Of a stretch of DNA of 64,000 nucleotides, positions 50,816 through 63,537 are shown in pieces. The DNA comes from Chiloscyllium plagiosum (taxonomy: Eukaryota): positions 102,068,059-102,132,058 of the forward strand of contig NC_057718.1 of NCBI RefSeq assembly GCF_004010195.1, given 5' to 3'. The translations under genes and the position numbers were made by a program. How positions within the stretch are numbered: the stretch's first letter is position 1; every line of letters starts with the position of its first letter. The notes beneath the pieces were generated by a model, which saw only the letters and a program-made list of their open reading frames with translations, made no database searches and was not told the origin of the DNA.

Positions 50816-52449
50816 GTTTAACTCATCAAATACAAAATGGTGGTCTTTGAGGTTTGTCTTGTCCGGTATCATAACTAAAACGTGGAAGTTTGGGCTCTTG
50901 AGGTACACTGGTCGTGTCCCTATCACTAAACTAGGAGGCCTGGATTCAAGTCCCATCTGCTAAAGAGGTGTATAAAAATGACTCTGAACAGGTTAATTCG
51001 AAACTAAAATAAAATGTGCAAGCTGAATGAAGAGTGAGAAGATCATTCCATAAAGACATCCCTGCACTGCTTTGTATCATCGTGCTATCATTCTAAGTTG
51101 CTGACAAGCTCAGTCACAAACTGCCCAACTTCATTGTATCAGAGTTGTCTAGTCAGGTCAGAAACCTACATCATGTCATGGGGGTGCAGGAGATGCCAAT
51201 GGAGTACTGCTCCCTTCTTCAAACCTTTTCTCTGCCCTTTCCCTTTTCTGTATTCCTCCTCCACTGTTTGGCCGTGGCATTTGCAATTTCTGGCCTGACA
51301 TCTAGGTGGCAGTCTTGTTCCTGGCCTCAGTGTGTTCAGGTGGCATCAGTCAAAATAGGGAACTGTGGATGGATCGTTCCTTATTTCGAGCCTGAAGTTA
51401 TTCTTTCCCCAGAATTATTATGCTCGGGCACCTCAGCACCATCTAGGACACCATCACCTTTAATGTTTACTCCCTCCTCCACTGACGCTCAGTAGCAGCC
51501 ATGTGTAGACGCACTGCAGAAATTCTCCAAAGATCCTTACACAGCACTTTCTAAACCCATGACCTCTACCCCTTAGAAGGACAAAAGTGTCAAGCACATA
51601 CGAACACTACCACTTGCAAAGTCCTGGCCAAGTGTCTCACCATCCAGACTTACAACTAAGTCACTGTTCCTCCACCGACTTGATGAAGGATATGGAACTT
51701 GCTACCACTGAAGGTGATTCAGGACAATGGTCTGGATGGAATTAAGAGGAAACAGGTAGCCATTTGAGGGAAGGTGAATAGAAGGTTATGGTGAGAGAGT
51801 GTTGAGGTAGGATGGGCGAAACATTGGGTACAGAGATATGGGCTGGTCGTGCCGAATAGCCTGTTTCTGTTCCGTATATTCCGTGAGGTTCTACATAACT
51901 GGCCCTTAGGTGAGCTCCTTTCCTATCAGACTGTATCACAGAAACATGAAAAATAGAGCAGGAGTAAGCCATTCGGCCCTTCAAGCCTGCTCTGCAATTC
52001 CATATAATCAGGGCGATCATCCATTTCAGTCCCCTGTTCCCGTTTTCTCCCCATACTCTCTGATCTCTTCACAACTAGATCAAACTCTTTCTCGAAAAAT
52101 ATTTATTGCTCTCGCCTCAATTGCTTACTGTGGCAGAAAATTCCAAAGACTCCCCAGACTCTGGATGAAGACGTTTCTCCTCATCTCAGTCCTAAATGGC
52201 CTACCTGTATCTTTAGACTGTGAACCCGGTTCAGAACATCCCAGTCATTGGGAACATCCTTCCTGTGTTTACCCTATCTACTCCTGTTCGAATTTTGGAG
52301 GTTTCAATGAAATCCCCATCTCATTCCTCTCAACCCCAGGGGATATAATGGTAACTGAGCCAATCTCTCTTCATACTGTCATCCCAAGTATTGGTCTGGG
52401 AAATAATAGGTTTGCAGCGAAAAGGTGACATTCCCACCCTTGCTCCATA

Positions 52450-52760
52450 GGTAAGGAAGACTTTCCTTTCAACAAGAGCATTCACAACTTTCGAATGTTC
52501 CAATCCTGGCTTTCTAGCCAACTCATTGCTTTTCAAACTTGAGTCACTGGTGTAACGTAGGGACTGCAGCAGCCAGTTTGTACACAGCTTGCTCCCACAT
52601 ACAGCAATAAATAATAATAAACCAGACAACTGGCTTTTCACTTTGTGACATGGACTGAGGGGTAAACACTGACCCCAGGACGCTGGGGAGAACTCCATTG
52701 GCTCTGCTTCAACATGGTACCATGGGGTCATCTGCACCACTGACAGTGCAGCACCTGAGT
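52450..52760 (-). mobile_element. Deu-domain SINE fragment
   Basis: GTCACTGGTGTAACGTAGGG...GCAGCCAGTTTGTACACAGC...CTCCCACA...CCCCAGGACGCTGGGGAGAACTCC, shared with 4835-5065. Confidence 0.6.
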
Positions 52761-53045
52761 GTGGGCTTTTCTATTCATGCTGATTATCCTTAGACTCAGA
52801 CACTAAGATACTACTGACTGAGTTACTCCTGAACATTGCACGGTTAAAGTAAATGATTTGTCGTACCTTTTGGAGGACAAAAAATTATCTCTAATGTTAG
52901 CAATAACTAGCATAGCTGGGCTAGAATACACATAGAGGGCTAATAATTATGAATGAGGAAAACACTGCAGTTACTTTAACAACTGCAAGTAGCACCAATC
53001 AAACAGAAAAATAAAGCCACCATTATACGAAAGCAGTGTTCTTAC

Positions 53046-53149
53046 TTTAGAGGTAGATGCTGAGTCCCAGCTCGTCTTGGCTGACTAATATGATTGCTTC
53101 TTTCAGGCTGAAAACGAACTGCGTTCTGTAACACAATCAGCAGAATCAC
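53046..53149 (-). CDS. coding exon 3 of the minus-strand gene (VILLIVLQNAVRFQPERSNHISQPRRAGTQHLPL(K))
   Basis: Acceptor gccttcttgttctcatcag|G, donor AA|GTAAGA, 104 nt. Only the phase-0 frame is open; ends in phase 2. Confidence 0.6.
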
Positions 53150-55169
53150 CTGATGAGAACAAGAAGGCAATTACTCTGAAGAAACCTCCAACAGGCGGGA
53201 GACCAGGGATTTCACTGAAGGTGAAAATTAAGTTAATTTTTGCCAAACAACACTGTCCTTTCAGTGTCCAAATAGCTGCCCTAACAAAGACCGGGAGATT
53301 TATCGACACTGATGATCTTCTAAAAGCAACAACTTGTACTTATACAGTGACTTTAACATTATTTACAACACACCTTCACCAGATCTGTCATAAAGTAGGC
53401 GAGCTTTCAATTCCACGTTTGCTTGAGTGAGCATTGTACAAGTTGCCGTGGAGGGACATATGGAGATATATGGGGAGCTAGCCAAATGCTTCATCAAGGT
53501 GGTACATTTCGAGGGCTTTAAGGATAGAGAAGGATAAATATTGGTCCTGGGATACCAGAGAGTTAGCTCATCCTCCACAATCTTCAATCCCGTTCTCCCA
53601 CATGAACTCCAGCAAAACATAGGATTTAAATCCATAGTATAGAACCAAGCAGGAGATAATAATTACTGGACCATGGTACCATCCCAACCTCAGAAGGGAT
53701 CTTGTCCTGCTCAAAGACTGTGTCAACCAGTGTTATACAATGACTGATTATTCTCACTAATGTCTTCAGTTATGACTCTACATATAACACAGCAGTTATA
53801 TCATGTGTTAAAGCTGGGGCCTACTGGTAAAGCCACTGGGCGAGTACAGCATTGGGTTTTGATTAGCTCAGTTGGCTGGAGCGGTGTTTTACAGCATGCA
53901 TTCAATTCCTGCACTGACTACGGTTAACACGAAGGACCCTCAACTTCTCACGTTGCTTGAGATGTGGTGACCCTCAGGTTAAACTCTCCATCAATCCTCT
54001 CTCTCTCTCTCTTTCCAATCAGAGAGAAGCCCAAAGGTCCAGTAGGATTATGACTTTTAAAAGAGCAGAGCAAATGGCTGTGGAGATGTAGGATTGAAGC
54101 CCTGTACTGATACCTGTGGAATGTTAATTTAATCAACTGAAAAATGCAGAACTGCTCATTTGCCTCAGCAAAGACCATAAAACTATCACTATCACTGTCA
54201 CCCTCTGTTCACTACTGTGCTTTAGGGAAGGAAATTGGCCCACAGTGTGACTCCAGACCCACTGCTAATGGTTGACCCTTCAATGCCCACTGAAATAGCC
54301 CTGGCCATTTTCTCAATTTAAGGACAATTTGAGATGAGCAGCAAATGCCAGTGACGCAGAATAAATCTATCCTTTCGGGTGAAAAAAAACACCACAGTTA
54401 CAGCTTGCCAAACTATCAAGATGCATTAGCTTAAAGAGAAAGAAAACCTTGCAGCCTCATGATTGACACTTCATTTGTAAAATAAAATTGAACTGCTCCT
54501 TCGCTTGCCACGGGCACGCTTGGAAGCTGAAGCCTGATTTTGTTCCTGACAGGGAGCATGTTGCTTTTCACCTCAAGTCTGTACCAAGCAGCAAGCTACG
54601 GTATGTCACTGAGACCCTGAGTCTTTCCACACTAATTCCCCCTGAAGCTTCACTTATTACACTGTCCTCATTTGGTCCACAACTCAATTTTCATGTGTGG
54701 GCTTGATGTTGAAATTGAGCAGTTTTTATGCATTGCAAGTGCATCGAGTTCAAATTAGATCTGCCCTTTAATTTCAGTGACTGGAATTAAATAAGTGATT
54801 AGACTGTCACAGTGTCCCTCATGTCTTTGTTCACATTCTCTCATTATTACCGAACAGAAGAGTGTTGGCAGTATATTGTCTCTTCAGCAGCTGTGCACCT
54901 TCCAGTGGGAAGTTTCCTTGTACTAACAGGGTAGGGGAAAACATTCCAAGATGCTTCACTGGAGCAGTTGTCAGAAAAACCCAGCATGGACAGGAGCTGG
55001 TCAGAATTAATAGGAGCTGGTCAGTGGGCTGATTTTCCAGGAGCATCTTAAAGCAGAAAGTAAGGAAATTGCAGAGTTTATAGATCGAAGGGATGAAGGC
55101 ACCACTGCACCAATGGGGTGAGGGGAATGTGGGATGGAAAAGAGACCAAAGTTGTGGGACTCAGATTTT

Positions 55170-55488
55170 ATAGAATCCCTAGAGTGTGGAAGCAAGCCAT
55201 TCAGCCCATCAAGTCCACATCAGCCTTTCAAAGGGCATCCCGCCATTTACCCCCAACCTTTTATTTCCCATAGCTAATCAACCAAGCCTACCCACTCCTG
55301 GACACTATGGGCACTTTAGCATGGCCAATCCACCTAAACTGCACATCTTTGGACTGTGTGAGGAAACTGGAGGACCTGGAGGAAACCCACGCAGACACGG
55401 GGAGAATGTGCAAAGACAGTCACCTGAGGGTGGAATCGAACCCGCGTCCTGGCGCTGTGAGGCAGCAGTGTGAACCACTGAGCCCCCA
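55170..55488 (-). mobile_element. HE1-type SINE
   Basis: GCATGGCCAATCCACCTAAACTGCACATCTTTGGACTGTG...GGAAACCCACGCAGACACGGGGAGA. Confidence 0.9.
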
Positions 55489-56049
55489 CGTTCTTGGAAG
55501 ATTGCATTGCTGAAGGAGGTTACAGAGATTCAGATGCACATGATGCATCTGGAGTTAAGGCAAAATCATTCTGATTCACATCATTGTGCTTTATGTTGGT
55601 AGGAAGACCTTGGAGAAACACAATAAGATAAAGCGGACATAACTCTAAATGGACCTGGATTATGCGTATAAGCATTAGTAATTAAAAGCAGCAGGGCAAG
55701 TTGAAAGCGTTGTTATTAAAGTGTAAGGTAACCTGGGTGTTATAACAGAGGCACAAAGTATAAGAGCAGGGAGATCACATCGACCTTGTATAAGAAACGA
55801 GCTCAGCTCAATGGGAACACTGTGAATAACTTTGGGCACCTCGTTTTAGGAAGGATGTGAAGGCATCAGAGAGAATGGAGTAAAGATTAATGAAGATGGT
55901 CCCAGGGATGAGCACCTTCAGTTATGAGAAAGATTGAAGAAGTTAGGATTATTTCCCTCAGAGGGGGGAAGGCTAATAGGAGAAAGAGGTTTTCAATATT
56001 TCAAAGGGTCTGGGCTGGAATAGGATAGAATAACCTTTCCTGTCACATG

Positions 56050-56267
56050 TACAGGTCGTTCTGCTGTAACGTGCATTTCATCAGCACAAAGTGGCTGGAA
56101 CGCGAATGATGAATTGCGGACGCTGTTTGGATAACGCGAGCTTTCTACTGAATGGGTAAAGCCATTTTCTATTAGCAATCTTTTACAATATGATTTTCTA
56201 TAGCTGTTTTTCATAGCGCGAGGTTGCAGAGGAGTGCAGCTGTTGCATTATAGCAGAATGACCTGTA
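56050..56267. mobile_element. Tigger-like MITE (~214 bp) with TA duplication
   Basis: TA-CAGGTCGTTCTGCTGTAAC...ATTATAGCAGAATGACCTG-TA (TIRs 16/19). An empty-site-like copy of the host repeat, CACATGTACTCAAT, is at ~46533. Confidence 0.85.
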
Positions 56268-58748
56268 CTCAATGAGTGTAGTGAAAACTTTATACATCAC
56301 CAATTATAGTGCTGACTTAGATACAAAAGTACCTAAGCACAGCATCTTTAGATAGGGGACACATTACAGAAATAAATGTTACGAAAAAAAACATGGTCCA
56401 CACACACACACCAGTGACATGCCAGGACAGGGAGGGTCACTGTGCCAGGTCGGGAGGTCACCCCACCACACCAGGTCAGTTGTGGAAACTGTTCCCAGGT
56501 GTTAAAGAGATTGAGAACCAGAGGGCACAAATGTGAAGTAATTAATAAAACAAGCAAAAACGATGTGAGGAAAAATCTACTTTGCGCCGTAAGTAGTCAG
56601 GATCCAGAATGCCCTGCCTGAGATTGTTGTGAAGGAAGGTTCAGTTGAGGTTTTCAGAGGGAATTGGATTGTTATCTGAAATAGGAAAAAGTGCAGGCTA
56701 TCAGGAATGACACAAAGTGAATTATTCCCTCGGAGATCTGACACAGAGAAGATGGACTGACTGACCTCCATCAGCACTGCAACATCGCCGTGATTCTGTG
56801 GAGCAAAGGTTCAAGAAACTCTGTGGCTTGGCATACCCCATACCCAATGTTAATTTAAATGTGACATCATAACAAAGAGATCTGCACGCATCCAGCAACA
56901 ATGCTGTCACCAAGTAGGGAGTATTCGCATAGGAAGTGAAATGCCATTACTTTTAACAATACTTTACAGACTGTGAAACAAAGATAGGGACATAAATGTT
57001 AGAAAGTGATAAACATAAAAACAACTTTTAGAAGTTTTCAAAAATTTATCTTTCTATCTGAAAGTAAAAATTTGACATGAAACATTCCTACTCAGAGCTA
57101 CCCAACTGTGGAAGTTGAATTATTGAGTAGATTGAATGCAGAGATCAATATATTTCTATATATTAAAGACATTGTGGAATATATGAATAGTACAGGAAAA
57201 TGGTTGTGAGCTAGATGAACGATGATATAGTTGAAAGGTGGCGTAAACCTGAGGGGCTCAATGACCTGCTCCTGCTCTTGCTTCCTACATTCTGAACCTC
57301 CTGTGATGCGGGCATTGCAGTTGCCAGATGGTTCTGGAAATTTCCTTGAAATCTCGGTATTGTAGCTGGCTTTAGCAGATGGGATTGCTGGAGATGCTAC
57401 TCAGTGCTGAGTGAGGAGTCGAGTTGGAGGGACAAGTCCTGCCAGAATGGCTCTGGGTGGGCTGTAGCATCCATGGGCTGAATGAATGAGGGTCCACAGA
57501 AGAGCCGCTGCTGGATGGAGTAATGCAGTTGTCAAAAGCTACTTGAGAATCAAAGCCTGTGGGGAAGTTGGTCACTGGACTGGAATTCCAAGCTAATGGT
57601 ATGAGGAACATGGGTTCAAATCCCACCACCCCAGTTGGTAGAACTTAAAGTAAGTTAGTAAAAACTTATCATCGATTTTTTTGCAGAGACCCATTGGGTT
57701 CACTGATGCCCTTTAAGAAGAAAATTTGCCCAGTCTAGCCTACATGTGACTCCAGACCCACAGCAAGGTGGTCAACTCCCAACTGCCCTCTGAAATGACC
57801 CAGCAAGCCCCTCAGATGAGGGGGAAGTAAGAATGGCCAACAAATGTCATTGATGCCAACATCCCGTGAATGATCAACTATGAAGATACCGCATCAACTC
57901 CACTTGGCAGGAGACAATGTAGTGAAGGTCTTTAAAACTGCACGTAGCGCCATGCACGTAGGAGTCATGGTGACTCCTCAGAATTCTGTGAGATTTATCT
58001 TAGTTGTAAAGTTTAATTTAGGATGTCTCTTGAAGATAATTTGTTTGTTCATTAATGTTTGAAAGACATTGGCTTTTGTTTGATTGTTCCAGCGAAATGT
58101 CTAATCTAATCCGTCACCTTCCTTCCCCAGAGTGACTGGGGAAATTCAGTTTTGTCATGTCATTGGGCTGTACAGGGATCCTAAAAAAGGTCATATCATG
58201 TTATTGACAGGAACAGGGTGGTGAAGGTGTGCCCCATGCTGACAGATCTGCTGCTTAATGTAAACGTGGGCTGTACTTCAGCTGATATCACCACTTCCAG
58301 TCATGAATATGCCAGTAGCAAAACAACTCACAGGTAAACAGTGACAGGCTGTAATCAAGCAGAGTGGGATGCCATTCAAATTTTACAAAGGTCACTCTTA
58401 ATTGCATGATTGCTGGATAATGTACTCAGTATTTCCAACTCGCCCGCATGGTATCTGTAACTGGCAACAGGCAAGTGGCGATCTCTCTGGTAATGACAAA
58501 CATTTCTTCTGTCTGTTTTTTCTCTCCCCCTCTAATACAGTTTCCAGGAAAGTAGATTATTACAGGCAAAATTTTCATGCACTCAATGCTTTGATCTACC
58601 TTTACAATTAAATACGTTCGTAGACCAGTCCTTAGATGGGAAGGGGAGGTATGATTGCTGTGAAGTTGAGAGCTGAGATATTGTTCCAATAGACAGTACC
58701 GACTTTGATGTAGAAACGTCTAAAAGGGTCCAAATGCAGAGTTCATAC

Positions 58749-58873
58749 TGCAAAGTGCCTTAAGTATTGCCCACAGGCTCTATCGGCAAAGTGCCGTCGG
58801 ATCTCAAAGGAGTAAAACCTAAATATCCAGATCCTCCTGAAAATCTCTGTAACAATGTCTATATCGTTGGAAC
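58749..58873 (-). CDS. coding exon 2 of the minus-strand gene ((G)SNDIDIVTEIFRRIWIFRFYSFEIRRHFADRACGQYLRHFA)
   Basis: Acceptor ctcactgcttggtacag|G, donor GCA|GTATGA, 125 nt. Only one frame is open (phase 1 to 0), fitting exons 1 and 3. Confidence 0.45.
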
Positions 58874-58885
58874 CTGTACCAAGCA

Positions 58886-61800
58886 GTGAGCTGAGATAGT
58901 CACACAGTGAGCTGGGATAGTTACACAGTGAGCTGGGATAGTCACACAGTGAGCTGGGATAGTTACACAGTGAGCTGAGATAGTCACACAGTGAGCTGGG
59001 ATAGTTACACAGTGACCTGGGATAGTCACAGCGTGAGCTGAGATAGTCACACAGTGAGCGGGGATGGTCCAATGGTACAGTGAGCTGGGATGGTCACATT
59101 GTGAGTGAGCTGGGATGGTCACATTGTGAGTGAGCGGGGATGGTCACATGGTGCAGTGAGCTGGGATGGTCACATGGAGCAGTGAGCTGGGATGGCCACA
59201 TGGTGCAGTGAGCTGGGATAGTCACGTGGTGCAGTGAGCTGGGATAGTCACATGGTGAGTGAACGGGGATGGTCACATGGTGCAGTGAGCTGAGATGGTC
59301 ACATGGTGAGCTGAGATGGTCACATGGTGAGCTGGGATGGCCACATGGTGAATGAGCTGGGATGGTCCAATGGTGCAGAGAGCTGGGATGGTCACACGAT
59401 GAGTAAGCAGGGATGGTCCAATGGTGCAGTGAGCTGGGATGGCCACATGGTGCAGTGAGCTGGAATGGCCACATGGTGCAGTGAGCTGGGATGGTCAAAT
59501 GGTGCATGAACTGGAATGGCCACATGGTGCAGTGAACTGGGATGGTCACATGATGAGGTGGGATGATCATATGGTGAATGAGCTGGGATGGTCACATGGT
59601 GCAGTGAGCTGGGATGGTCACATGGTGAGTGAGCGGGGATGGTCCATTGGTGCAGTGAGCTGGGATGGTCACATGGTGCAGTGAGCTGGGATGGTCACAT
59701 CATGCAGTGAGCTGGGATAGTCACATGGTGCAGTGAGCTGGGATGGTCACATCATGCAGTGAGCTGGGATAGTCACATGGTAGGTGAGCTGGGGCAGTCA
59801 CATGGTGCAGTGAGCTGGAATGGTCACATGGTACAGTCATCTGGGATGGTCACATGGTGCGGTGAGCTGGGATGGTCACATGGTGCAGTGAACTGGGATG
59901 GTCACATGATGAGGTGGAATTGTCACATGGTGGGTAAGTTGGGATTGTCACATGGTGCAGTGAGTTGGGATGGTCACATGATGAGTGAGCTGAGATGGTC
60001 ACATGGTGCAGTGAGTTGGGATAGCCACAAGGTGAGTGAGCTAGAATGGCCACATTGTGCAGTGAGCTGTGATGGTCACATGTTGCAATGAGTTGGGATG
60101 GTCACATGGTGCAGTCAGCTGGGGTGGTCACATGATATGTAAGATGGGTTGGTCACATGGTGCAGTCAGCTGGGATGTTCACACTGTGCAGTGAGCTGGG
60201 ATAGTTATGTTGTGAGTGAGTTGGAATGATCACATTGTGCAATGAACTTGGATAGTCATGTGGTGAGTTGGGATGGTCACATGGTGTAGTGAGATGGGAT
60301 GGTCACATGGGTGAGTTGGGATGGTCACATTGTGCAGTAAGATGGGATAGTCACTTGGTGCAGTGAGTTGGGATGGTCACATGGTGCAGTGAGTTGGGAT
60401 GGTCACATGGTGCAGTGAGCTGGGATGGTCAAATGATGAGGTGAGATGGTCACATTGTGCAGTGAACTGGGATGATCATATGATGAGGTGGGATGGTCAC
60501 ATGGTGGGTGAGTTGGGGTGGTCACATGGTGCAGTGAGCTGGGATAGTCACATGGTGCAGTGAGCTGGGTTGGTCACATCATGCAGTGAGCTGGAATAGT
60601 CACATGGTAGGTGAGCTGGGGTGGTCACATGGTGCAGTGAGCTGGGATGGTCACATCATGCAGTGAGGAGACAGGGAGAATAGAGGTAGGGCTAGAGTGA
60701 GACAGAGAGTGGGCGAGGAATACAGAGAGAGAGTGTGTGCGAGCAGGAGGAAATGGGAAGTTGCGTGTGGAGGCTGAAGAGATTGGGGAGACACTGAATG
60801 AATAGATGTGAATATTGAGTCACAATTAATTAGAATGGACGGCTTTGAGGTATGTAAGGAAGAGGTGTTAGAAATTCTGGAAAGGGTGAAAATAGATAAG
60901 TCCCCTGGGCCTGATAGCATTTATCCTAGGATTCTCTGGGAAGCAAGGGAGGAGATTGCAGAGCCATTGGCCTTGATTTTTATGTCCTCGTTGTCTACAG
61001 GAATAGTGCCAGAAGACTGGAGGATAGCAAATCTGGTTCCCTTGTTCAAAAAGGGGAGTAGAGATAACCCTAGTAACTATAGGTCGTGAGTCTCACTTCT
61101 GTTGTGGGCAAAGTCTTAGAGAGAATAGCAAGGAATAGGATTTATGAACATCTGGATAGGAATAATGTGACCAAGGATAGTCAGCATGGTTTTGTGAAGG
61201 GCAGGTCGTGCCACACAAACCTTATTGAATTCTTTGAGAAAGTGACTAAGGAGGTAGACGAGGGTAAAGCAGTAGATGTGGTGTATATGGATTTTAGTAA
61301 GGCATTTGATAAGGTTCCCCATGCTAGGCTACTTCAAAAAATACGGAGGTATGGCATTGAGGATGAGTTGGAGGNNNNNNNNNNNNNNNNNNNNNNNNNN
61401 NNNNNNNNNNNNNNNNNNNNNNNNNNNNNNNNNNNNNNNNNNNNNNNNNNNNNNNNNNNNNNNNNNNNNNNNNNNNNNNNNNNNNNNNNNNNNNNNNNNN
61501 NNNNNNNNNNNNNNNNNNNNNNNNNNNNNNNNNNNNNNNNNNNNNNNNNNNNNNNNNNNNNNNNNNNNNNNNNNNNNNNNNNNNNNNNNNNNNNNNNNNN
61601 NNNNNNNNNNNNNNNNNNNNNNNNNNNNNNNNNNNNNNNNNNNNNNNNNNNNNNNNNNNNNNNNNNNNNNNNNNNNNNNNNNNNNNNNNNNNNNNNNNNN
61701 NNNNNNNNNNNNNNNNNNNNNNNNNNNNNNNNNNNNNNNNNNNNNNNNNNNNNNNNNNNNNNNNNNNNNNNNNNNNNNNNNNNNNNNNNNNNNNNNNNNN

Positions 61801-62425
61801 NNNNNNNNNNNNNNNNNNNNNNNNNNNNNNNNNNNNNNNNNNNNNNNNNNNNNNNNNNNNNNNNNNNNNNNNNNNNNNNNNNNNNNNNNNNNNNNNNNNN
61901 NNNNNNNNNNNNNNNNNNNNNNNNNNNNNNNNNNNNNNNNNNNNNNNNNNNNNTTGGGGTAGGTTCTTTACTCAGCGAGTGGTGAGTTCATGGAATGCCC
62001 TGCCAGTAGCAGTGGTGGACTCTCCCTCATTATGGGCATTTAAATGGGCATTGGATAGGCATATGGAGGATAGTGAGCTAGTGTAGGTTAGGTGGGCTTG
62101 GATCGGCGCAACATCGAGGGCCGAAGGGCCTGTACTGCGCTGTATTTTTCTATGTTCTATGAATTGGGACGGTCACATGGTGCAGTGAGCTGGGAAGGTC
62201 ACCTGGTGCAATGAGCTGGGGTGGTCACATGGTGCAGTGAGCTGGGGTGGTCACATGGTGCAGTGAGCTGGGGTGGTCACATGGCAGGTGAGCTGGGATG
62301 GCCACATGGTGCAGTGAGCTGGGGTGGTCACATGGTGCAGTGAGCTGGGGTGGTCACATGGCAGGTGAGCTGGGGCGGTCACATGGTGCAGTGAGCTGGG
62401 ATGGTCACATGGTAAAGTGAGCTCG
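58886..62425 (+). repeat. 21/26-bp minisatellite (GTGAGCTGGGATGGTCACATGGTGCA; 21-mer GTGAGCTGGGATAGTCACACA at the left end), interrupted at ~60667-62161 by a CR1
   Basis: Tandem array visible on both sides of the LINE. Confidence 0.97.
60746..62162 (+). mobile_element. 5'-truncated CR1 LINE inserted in the minisatellite; N gap 61375-61953
   Basis: VEAEEIGETLNE, DKSPGPDSIYPRILWEAREEIAEPL, QHGFVKGRSCHTNLIEFFE, YMDFSKAFDKVPH; tail TTCTATGTTCTATG. Confidence 0.95.
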
Positions 62426-62664
62426 AATGGCCATAATTACACCATTTAAAAGGCATCTGGACGAGTATATGATTGGAAGGGTTTATAGGGACATGGGCCA
62501 AATGCTGGCAAATGGGACTAGACTAATTTAGGACATCTAGTTGGACCGAAGGGTCTGTGCTGTACATCTCTATGACTCTATGACATATTCCTGTTACTTG
62601 CCACGTGCATGGCCAAGAATTTGGCAAATCCGAGGCGGGCATGTGGAGGGATCCTCAGTCTTAC

Positions 62665-62692
62665 CTTCCAGGGTCGAAAGTCCTGCCTCCAT
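62665..62692 (-). CDS. candidate first coding segment (MEAGLSTLE-G) within a 101-nt exon, 62765-62665
   Basis: Acceptor gatgttttgctttag|G at 62765, donor AAG|GTAAGA at 62665. ATG in strong Kozak context (AGTATGG) with an in-frame upstream TGA; phase 1 fits exon 2. Confidence 0.45.
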
Positions 62693-63324
62693 ACTTAAAG
62701 GGAACCCAGCAAGACATCCGTTCTCAGCAACTCAGCAACACCACTCAACATCTCTGAATGGCTGCCTAAAGCAAAACATCATGCCCCCCCGCTCCCCACC
62801 CCTTTCATCTTTCCTTAGATGGATTTGCCCCCTTGGCCAGACAGAGAGTCACACTTGGCCAATCTCCTTGACCAGTTCACGGCCCCCACTATCCCTTAGA
62901 CATCCTCCATGTCCACTGGTACTCTTGACTTTTATTCCTACCTTCCCTGTATACACTGGATATTAATAACCCAAGGCATTTCTAACAATGTGATTTTAAC
63001 AATGCTATTTTATTAAACCAAAGTACACGATAAAATTCTGTAAAAACTTTACCCGAACAGTGGGGGTACAATCACAAGTGAACCTGGCTTATATGGACGT
63101 GACCACGGATCAGATGTTGGTGATTGGCCCATACGGTCTCAACATGCAGATGACCTTCTGCATGAACTAACCAGGCTCTGAGGCAGGCTTTCTTATACCT
63201 TTACTCTATACAGACAAGGCTGAATGTTCACGCCTTGACATCGTCCATTCTCCAGCACATGATCAGTCTGACCACTAGCGAACGTCGCAAATCCATCATG
63301 CACCTTGGCTACTTTAATTGCTCA

Positions 63325-63537
63325 GGAGAAAGCGAGGACTGCAGATCCTGGAGAGTCAGAGTCGAAAAACGTCGCACTGGAAAAGCACAGCAGATCAGGC
63401 AGCATCCAAGGAACGGGAGAGTCGATGTTTCGGGCATAAGGAATCCCGATGAAGAGCTTACGCCCAAAACGCCGACTCTCCTGCTCCTCGGATGCTGCCT
63501 GACCTGCCGTGTTTTTCCAGCACCACACTTTTCGACT
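63325..63537. mobile_element. Penelope pseudo-LTR-derived fold-back mini-element with ~80-bp inverted arms
   Basis: Left arm 63360-63440 and right arm 63457-63537 are reverse complements with few mismatches; the centre carries a degenerate hammerhead, CCGATGAAGAGCTTACGCCCAAAACGCC. Confidence 0.85.

Noticed and set aside
53107..58885. Alternative plus-strand exons (53107-53220 AENELRSVTQ...; 58777-58885 SIGKVPSDLKGVKPKYPDPPENLCNNVYIVGTCTK; 47876-48010)
   Set aside because: Each has plausible splice sites, but their phases do not chain, whereas the minus-strand set does. Not formally excluded without RNA data.
58743..60091. Cys/His-rich ORFs (CDYPSSL, HVTIPAH repeats)
   Set aside because: Translations of the 21/26-bp minisatellite.
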